This document shows, piece by piece, positions 16,621-22,231 of a stretch of DNA of 22,231 bases. Origin of the DNA: Bacteriovoracaceae bacterium (lineage in GTDB: Bacteria; Bdellovibrionota; Bacteriovoracia; Bacteriovoracales; Bacteriovoracaceae); assembly GCA_049599895.1 (NCBI GenBank), contig JBMYPC010000046.1, forward strand, positions 1 through 22,231, written 5' to 3'. The translations under genes and the position numbers were made by a program. Positions within the stretch are counted from its first letter, which is position 1; each line of letters opens with the position of its first letter. The notes beneath the pieces are model-generated. The model saw only the letters and a list, made by a program, of their open reading frames with translations. It did not search any database and was not told the DNA's origin.

Positions 16621-17559
16621 ATGAGTACAATCAGTGTTGAACTTTTTGGTAATGATCCTAAAATTCAAAGAGCGATTCAAAATGCAAGAAATGTCGCTGT
16701 AACTAAAGCTTCAGTGCTTATCAGCGGTGAGACTGGAATCGGAAAGAGATCTCTTGCTCAATTTATCCACAACCTTTCAACAAGAGCGGCTGCAGGGCTA
16801 ACCGTAGTTGATTGTTCTCAAGACGTGAAAACTGTCGAGAATGAGATTCTTGGATTTAGAGAGCCTGAAACAGGTCGTTTCGTTAAAGGTGCTCTCGAAA
16901 GTGCAAATGGTGGAACAGTTGTTTTTGCAAACATTGATGGACTTCAAGAAGACTTTCAAAAAAGACTTCACAAGATCTTAAATGAGCTTGAAGATTACGA
17001 TATTGATGTTCGAGTGATTGCAACAACTTGCAAAAACCTTTCAAAGCTTGTTGGATCAGGAAGATTCTACAGAGGGCTTTATACTCATCTTTCAGCAAAT
17101 TCGATTCACTTAAATCCATTAAGAGAAAGAGAATCTGACCTCATCTATATCACTGAATCAATCATCAATACTCTTTCTCAAGTTAGTGGAAAAGCTGTTG
17201 AGCTTGATCAATCAGCAAAGAATAAAATCTTATCTCACTACTGGACTCACAATGTTCATGAACTAAAAGCAGTGATTGAGTCGTCTGTTACGGAACTTGA
17301 AGGAAACATCCTAAGAGAGCAAGACGTTCAAATCGGTGAGAAGAAATCAATCTCAATGATCAATGAAGAAGACAATGAGGGAATTCGCCTTATGTCTCTT
17401 AAAGATGCTGAAAAGCTTCTTATTAAGAAAGCTCTTATTCACACAAGTGAAAATAGAACTCAGGCAGCTAAGATTCTTGGAGTTTCGATTCGAACACTTA
17501 GAAATAAGATCAATGAATATCGAAATGATGGAAATGCTTACTTCGTAAACCTAAGGTAG
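16621..17559 (+). CDS. Degenerate sigma54-activator-like protein (AAA+-like domain + Fis HTH, no sensory domain)
   Basis: bEBP scaffold (VLISGETGIGK, DVRVIATT, PLRER..D) and HTH NRTQAAKILGVSIRTLRNKINEY, but catalytic motifs are altered. Start at ATG 16621 after AGGAGG (16611-16616). Confidence 0.85.
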   Translation: MSTISVELFGNDPKIQRAIQNARNVAVTKASVLISGETGIGKRSLAQFIHNLSTRAAAGLTVVDCSQDVKTVENEILGFREPETGRFVKGALESANGGTVVFANIDGLQEDFQKRLHKILNELEDYDIDVRVIATTCKNLSKLVGSGRFYRGLYTHLSANSIHLNPLRERESDLIYITESIINTLSQVSGKAVELDQSAKNKILSHYWTHNVHELKAVIESSVTELEGNILREQDVQIGEKKSISMINEEDNEGIRLMSLKDAEKLLIKKALIHTSENRTQAAKILGVSIRTLRNKINEYRNDGNAYFVNLR

Positions 17560-17568
17560 ATCGAAAAT

Positions 17569-17976
17569 ATGAATGTCGATGATTCAACATTAAAAGCGCT
17601 GCTTGCTTCATTAAATATGAGGCAGTCAAGGCACGAGCTGATTTCTTCAAATATCGCTAATTCTGAAACTCCAGGATTTAAGGCGAAACGCCTCGATTTT
17701 GAAAATGCTCTTGCAAGAGCTCTTGATATTGAAAAAGAGAACTCACTTATTACTGGCAATAAAAAGCATTTTAATGTCGGTGGTGGGGGATTTGATACTC
17801 TTCAACCTGAACTTTATGAAGATCCCAATGGGATCGTATCGGAAGATGGCAACACGGTTGACCGTGATGCAGAGATGGCCTTGATGGCACAGAACAAGAT
17901 TCTTTACGATGCAGCGATTCAATTAATGAATAAAAAGTTTGGTTTAGCAAAATATATTCTCAACAATGAGAATTGA
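17569..17976 (+). CDS. flgB: Flagellar basal-body rod protein FlgB
   Basis: R.ELISSNIANSETPGFKAKRLDFE and DGNTVD.D.EM motifs; position before flgC. Confidence 0.96.
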   Translation: MNVDDSTLKALLASLNMRQSRHELISSNIANSETPGFKAKRLDFENALARALDIEKENSLITGNKKHFNVGGGGFDTLQPELYEDPNGIVSEDGNTVDRDAEMALMAQNKILYDAAIQLMNKKFGLAKYILNNEN

Positions 17977-17997
17977 TGCTGAGCAAAGGGAGATGAT

Positions 17998-18435
17998 TTG
18001 GATTTTTTAACAAGTATGAAAATTTCGGCTTCTGCAATGACCGCTAACCGTAAGCGAGTGGCAACAATAAACTCAAATATTGCCAACGCTCAAACGACGA
18101 GAACTGCTGAGGGTGGGCCCTACCGTAAAAAGGTAGTCGTACTTGGTTCTGAGCCTGCAAGAGATAGCTTCTCCGATATTCTTGAAGGAGAAATCGATGC
18201 GCAGGCTCAAGAAGTTCATGCAACGGATGTGATCTCACTCGATGATCCACCAATTCCAAAGTATGAACCTCATCATCCAGATGCAAATGAAAAGGGTTAC
18301 GTGATGTATCCCAATATTAATACGATGGCGGAAATGGCAGATTTGATCAGTGCTCAAAGAGCTTATGAAGCCAATGTGAATGCGATGAATGTTAGTAAGA
18401 GTATGGCGCTTAAGGCCTTAGAGCTTGGGCGATAA
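17998..18435 (+). CDS. flgC: Flagellar basal-body rod protein FlgC
   Basis: NIANAQTTRT.EGGPYRKK, YEPHHPDAN..GYV.YPN.N...EM.DLI.A.RAYEAN; TTG start. Confidence 0.97.
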   Translation: MDFLTSMKISASAMTANRKRVATINSNIANAQTTRTAEGGPYRKKVVVLGSEPARDSFSDILEGEIDAQAQEVHATDVISLDDPPIPKYEPHHPDANEKGYVMYPNINTMAEMADLISAQRAYEANVNAMNVSKSMALKALELGR

Positions 18436-18448
18436 CTGGGACTAGATT

Positions 18449-18805
18449 ATGGCGATTAAAAACGTAAGTGAATTTCAAAAGATGTTCAATAACTACAACA
18501 CCACTGATTGGGTGAAGTCGAAGTCTTTTGATGATTACTTTAATGAGATTGGAGACGGTCTTGACAACGTTTCAAAGTCAAATGGTTCATCATTTTCAAG
18601 CATTTTAGAGAGTAAATTAGACTCTCTTAACGGTCTTCAACAAGACGCGAACCTAGCGGTTCAAAAATTAGTAACAGGAAAAACAAAGAACATACATGAG
18701 ACATTGTTTGCCGTTGAAAGAGCAGAGATTGCATTTAAAACCATGCATAAAATAAGAAACAAAGTATTAGATGCATATAAAGAAGTTATGCGAATGCAAA
18801 TTTAA
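18449..18805 (+). CDS. fliE: Flagellar hook-basal body protein FliE
   Basis: C-terminal IHE...A...A......IRNKVLDAYKEVMRMQI signature. Confidence 0.95.
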   Translation: MAIKNVSEFQKMFNNYNTTDWVKSKSFDDYFNEIGDGLDNVSKSNGSSFSSILESKLDSLNGLQQDANLAVQKLVTGKTKNIHETLFAVERAEIAFKTMHKIRNKVLDAYKEVMRMQI

Positions 18806-18823
18806 TAGGCTTGGAGGATAGTC

Positions 18824-20509
18824 TTGCAAGAATTTTTAGAGAAAATTACAAATACATTCGTTGAGTTCTTTAACAGCCTTAATACGGGAAAAAAGTTTGC
18901 CCTGATCGGGGTGTTTGCCGCAATCATGGGGATCATCATCTCCATTACCATGTGGGCCAGTCAGACTCGATTTAAAACACTTTACTCAGATCTTAATCGT
19001 GATGATTCAAAGAAAATTGCGGTCCTCCTTGAAGAAAATAAAATTCCTTATCAAACAAGTAATGACGGAAAAGAAATCAGTATTCCAGAAGATATGGTCA
19101 ATGTTTGGCGACTCAAGCTTGCAACCAAAGGTGTGACTTTTTCAGGAACCTTAGGTTATGAAGTTTTCGATAAGCAAAGCTTTGGTCAAACAAGTCTTGT
19201 TCAGAAAGTGAATAAACAAAGAGCTCTTGAAGGAGAGCTTATCAAAACAATTCTTTATATTAATGGTGTTAAGCGAGCGAGAGTTCATCTTTCGATTCCA
19301 GAGTCTTCACCATTTGTGACTGAGAAAAAACCACCTGGTGCATCGGTTGTTTTAGAACTTGAAGATGGTGTGACTCTTACTGAAGGGGAAATTAAAGGGA
19401 TTGGACATCTTGTTTCTTCTGCTGTTGATGGGATGAGAAATGAAAATGTTGTAATTCTTGATCATCGAGGAAAGAAGCTTTCGGAAAATGTCGGGGATCC
19501 TATGACTGCCTATACGGCTAATCGTATGGCCTTAGAGACTAAGATGAACCGTAAGTATGAGCTTCAGATTGAAGAAATTCTTTCAAAGGTTGTCGGGAAT
19601 GGAAAAGTGAATGCCAATGTTAGTGTCACTCTCGATTTCACAGAGAAAGTCGCGACTCAGACTGAATATGACGGTGAAAACACTGCTGTTCTTTCAGAGG
19701 TAGAGAATTCTCAGAAGTTGAATGGTTCAAGGCCTTCTCCTCAAGGGATCCCGGGAGCGAGAAGTAATCTTCCTGGTGAAGCACCACAGCCGGGAATTCC
19801 TGAAACTCGAAATGATGTTGATAAAAAACTCACAACTCGAAATTATAATGTTCCTTCAAAAGTGATTCGCTCTAAATCTCCAACTGCGGGGGTCCAAAAA
19901 ATTTCAGCTGCAGTCCTTATTGATAGTAAAAGAGTTCCTGTTATGGAAAACGGTGCTCCAAAACTTGATGCTGATGGGAAGCAAGTTTATGAACTCAAGG
20001 CATGGAGTGAAGCCGATATTGAAAACTTCACAGCAATTGTCGCCTCCTCGATTGGGATCAATGCCAAAAGAGGAGATACAATCACCATCACCAATATGGA
20101 GTTTGTTGAAGAAGATTTTGGAAAAGCAGAAGCTCTTCTAAGAGAAAAAGAAAATAGAGAGTTGTTAACAAATCTCATTAAGTACCTTGCAATCGGTCTT
20201 ACCATCTCACTCTTTTTCTTCATCGTCGTAAGACCATTCATTCAATGGGTTACTGATAACACCGTTGAAACTGTTGAGGATTTCCTTCCAAAAACACTTG
20301 AGGAGCTAGAGAAAATTCAGGCAAATCAAAAGCTACCTGGTCTTGAAGATGCGTTACCACAGATGGAAGAGAAGCTGAATCCTGAGAAAATTGAAGGAAA
20401 CATGCTTAGAGAAAAAATTATATCTCTTGTTGAGAACAATCCAGCTAAAGCCGCTCAGGTTGTTCAAGACATGATTCACGCTCAAGAAGCGGATAAGTCT
20501 ATCGCTTGA
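18824..20509 (+). CDS. fliF: Flagellar M-ring protein FliF
   Basis: Two TM helices; GYEVFDKQSFGQT, RALEGEL.KTI, ARVHL..P, ASVVL, GIPGARSN; TTG start after GGAGG. Confidence 0.97.
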   Translation: MQEFLEKITNTFVEFFNSLNTGKKFALIGVFAAIMGIIISITMWASQTRFKTLYSDLNRDDSKKIAVLLEENKIPYQTSNDGKEISIPEDMVNVWRLKLATKGVTFSGTLGYEVFDKQSFGQTSLVQKVNKQRALEGELIKTILYINGVKRARVHLSIPESSPFVTEKKPPGASVVLELEDGVTLTEGEIKGIGHLVSSAVDGMRNENVVILDHRGKKLSENVGDPMTAYTANRMALETKMNRKYELQIEEILSKVVGNGKVNANVSVTLDFTEKVATQTEYDGENTAVLSEVENSQKLNGSRPSPQGIPGARSNLPGEAPQPGIPETRNDVDKKLTTRNYNVPSKVIRSKSPTAGVQKISAAVLIDSKRVPVMENGAPKLDADGKQVYELKAWSEADIENFTAIVASSIGINAKRGDTITITNMEFVEEDFGKAEALLREKENRELLTNLIKYLAIGLTISLFFFIVVRPFIQWVTDNTVETVEDFLPKTLEELEKIQANQKLPGLEDALPQMEEKLNPEKIEGNMLREKIISLVENNPAKAAQVVQDMIHAQEADKSIA

Positions 20510-20538
20510 TATTGAGTGACAGGATGAAGGAGTAGGAA

Positions 20539-21570
20539 ATGGCTGAAGGCACGCTAGATCCGGAAGTAGAATATTCGTTGATGTCCGGCCAAGAAAAGGC
20601 CGCATTACTTTTAAGTTCTTTGGGAACGGGAACTACACAGCTTATCTTTTCATACATGCGTGATAACGACGTTAAGAGAATGATTAATGCCATGTCAAAC
20701 GTGCGAAAAGCACCGATTTGGATGGTCAAAAGAATCCTTGAAGAGTTTTATACAAACCTAAACGAAGATCAGAACTTACTATTCTCTGAAAACAAAGGTC
20801 GTGACTTTATTATTAACGCTCTTGGTGAAGACCGTGCGAAACAACTTCTTGGTCAAATTGTTGATGTGGCCACAAGTAATACTCTTGAATCGCTTGAACT
20901 TGTTGATACGAGAACTCTTGCAAACTTCCTTATCAACGAACACCCGCAGACCATTGCTCTTATTGTTGCGCACTTAACGTCTGAGAGGAAAGTTGATGTT
21001 CTAAGACGTCTCCCAGAAGGTCTTCAGGCTGAAGTTGTTCTTAGGGTTTCTAATCTTGATTATGTTTCACCTGAACTTATTGCACAGCTTGATGATGTTC
21101 TTAAAACTGAACTCTCGACTCTTGGATCAATTGATACAAATCAGCTTGGTGGTGTTGAGCCTATCGCTGACATGCTTAACCTTATGGATAAAAATAGTGA
21201 GAAAAACATCATGTCTCGTGTTGAGGAGAAAGATCCTGAGCTTGCAGAAGAGATTAGGAAACTTATGTTCGTTTTCGAAGACCTCGTTTACGTGGACGAT
21301 CAAGGTATTCAAAATCTTCTTAAAGATGTTGATCAGCAAAAGCTTGTTGTTGCCCTTAAGACAGCTCCTGAAGAGGTTAAAGAAAAACTCTTTAAGAACA
21401 TGTCAACGAGAGCAGCCAATATGTTACTTGAAGATCTTGAGGCCCTTGGACCTCAGAAGCTCTCTGATGTTGAAAAAGCTCAATCAGAGATTGTTCAAAA
21501 ATGTAAGGAACTTGAATCTCAAGGGAAAGTCTTTATCTCTAGAGGTGGAGACGGAGACACACTTGTTTAA
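20539..21570 (+). CDS. fliG: Flagellar motor switch protein FliG
   Basis: EKAALLLSSLG, EHPQTIAL, GG linker, MFVFEDL, torque helix NMSTRAANMLLEDL. Confidence 0.97.
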   Translation: MAEGTLDPEVEYSLMSGQEKAALLLSSLGTGTTQLIFSYMRDNDVKRMINAMSNVRKAPIWMVKRILEEFYTNLNEDQNLLFSENKGRDFIINALGEDRAKQLLGQIVDVATSNTLESLELVDTRTLANFLINEHPQTIALIVAHLTSERKVDVLRRLPEGLQAEVVLRVSNLDYVSPELIAQLDDVLKTELSTLGSIDTNQLGGVEPIADMLNLMDKNSEKNIMSRVEEKDPELAEEIRKLMFVFEDLVYVDDQGIQNLLKDVDQQKLVVALKTAPEEVKEKLFKNMSTRAANMLLEDLEALGPQKLSDVEKAQSEIVQKCKELESQGKVFISRGGDGDTLV

Positions 21571-21607
21571 TAGTTTTCAAGTGGCTTGTTAAGAGGGAAG
21601 ACTGATT

Positions 21608-22231
21608 ATGGAGAAAAAATTTGAAGTCCAAGATTTTGAATTTCAAAGTTTTGAAAATGGTCAACTGACAGCTGCACCGATTAAAGATGTCAATGAAGAT
21701 GAGATTACGATTTTAAACTTTGAAAAAAACTTCCAGATTGAAACTCGTACAGAAGAAAGCTTAAGAGATGAAAGTGCGTCAGCTTTTTCAAACCAGTTTC
21801 GAATTTCTCCGATTGTTAAAAAGCACAGAGGGATCTCTGAGCAAGAAAGACTCGATCAAGAAAAACGAGTTCAAGACCTTGTTGATAAAAAAGTCATGAG
21901 AATCGAAAAAGAGGCTTACGAAAAAGGTCACAGCCAAGGTGTTGAAGACGGAAAAAAAGAAGTTTTCGACAGTTTAAAAGTTGAAGTTGATGAAAAACTT
22001 GAAGCTCTTGAGAATCTCATTCAAGAAGTTCTCGATACTAAAACAGAGCTTCTGACAAAACAAAAAGATGAAACCTATACGATTATTCGAAATCTCACAA
22101 AGTGGGTTGTCCTTAGAGAGCTTAAAGACGACGGCATTTATATTGAGCGTTTATTAGAAAGGCTAATTACAGAAATTCAGACAAAAGAAAACCTTTTGAT
22201 TCAAGTGAATCAAGAACAATTCGATAAAATG
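21608..22231 (+). CDS. fliH: Flagellar assembly protein FliH, 3'-truncated by window edge (not in the ORF track)
   Basis: Open frame from ATG 21608 (MEKKFEVQDFEF...) to the window end; AxxxGxxxGxxxG repeat AYEKGHSQGVEDG at 21914-21952; follows fliG. Confidence 0.88.
   Translation, partial: MEKKFEVQDFEFQSFENGQLTAAPIKDVNEDEITILNFEKNFQIETRTEESLRDESASAFSNQFRISPIVKKHRGISEQERLDQEKRVQDLVDKKVMRIEKEAYEKGHSQGVEDGKKEVFDSLKVEVDEKLEALENLIQEVLDTKTELLTKQKDETYTIIRNLTKWVVLRELKDDGIYIERLLERLITEIQTKENLLIQVNQEQFDKM

Noticed and set aside
16621..17559. Pseudogene call for the degenerate bEBP
   Set aside because: Uninterrupted frame, strong RBS, intact HTH and tight operon spacing argue for a functional gene.
18812..18827. 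TGG...TTGC sigma54-like pattern at the fliF start
   Set aside because: GG-to-GC spacing is 11 rather than 10, and the sequence is fully explained by the RBS and TTG start codon.
1027..21339. Numerous 60-100 aa ORFs antisense or out of frame to the main genes
   Set aside because: All overlap well-supported CDSs or regulatory DNA and show no recognisable motifs.
21035..21592. 185-aa alternative-frame ORF overlapping fliG
   Set aside because: Leu/Lys/Met-rich shadow of the fliG codon pattern; no motifs; lies almost wholly inside a conserved gene.
1..22231. Mobile elements, CRISPR arrays, tRNA/rRNA, defence systems
   Set aside because: No transposase/integrase motifs, spaced direct repeats or RNA-gene signatures seen; intergenic gaps are short and composition looks uniform.

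Overview
AT-rich bacterial chromosomal window with core and housekeeping genes. Gene content and order resemble a Bdellovibrionota-type (Bacteriovorax/Halobacteriovorax-like) or other deltaproteobacterial genome; this is an inference, not a database result. Order on the + strand: 3' part of an alpha2-type glycyl-tRNA synthetase, ppdK, an AmiE/YfeW-like serine hydrolase, mpl, a secreted protein with an apparent SleB-like cell-wall hydrolase domain, metK, a small membrane protein, and a FleQ/FlrA-like sigma54 response regulator. On the - strand is a lipoprotein-mlaE-mlaF-mlaD cassette. A + strand flagellar operon follows: large exported TPR protein, catalytically degenerate enhancer-binding protein, flgB, flgC, fliE, fliF, fliG and partial fliH. 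I saw no mobile elements, CRISPR arrays or RNA genes. Best leads: (1) a pseudo-ATPase bEBP inside the flagellar operon that has lost GAFTGA, Walker B, the R-fingers and sensor II, possibly paired with the intact FleQ-like regulator whose FleQ-box-like sites lie over its own -35 and upstream of the operon; (2) a candidate peptidoglycan salvage module (amidase + Mpl + secreted lytic transglycosylase-like protein); (3) a non-canonical MCE cassette with a PsbP/DcrB-like lipoprotein.
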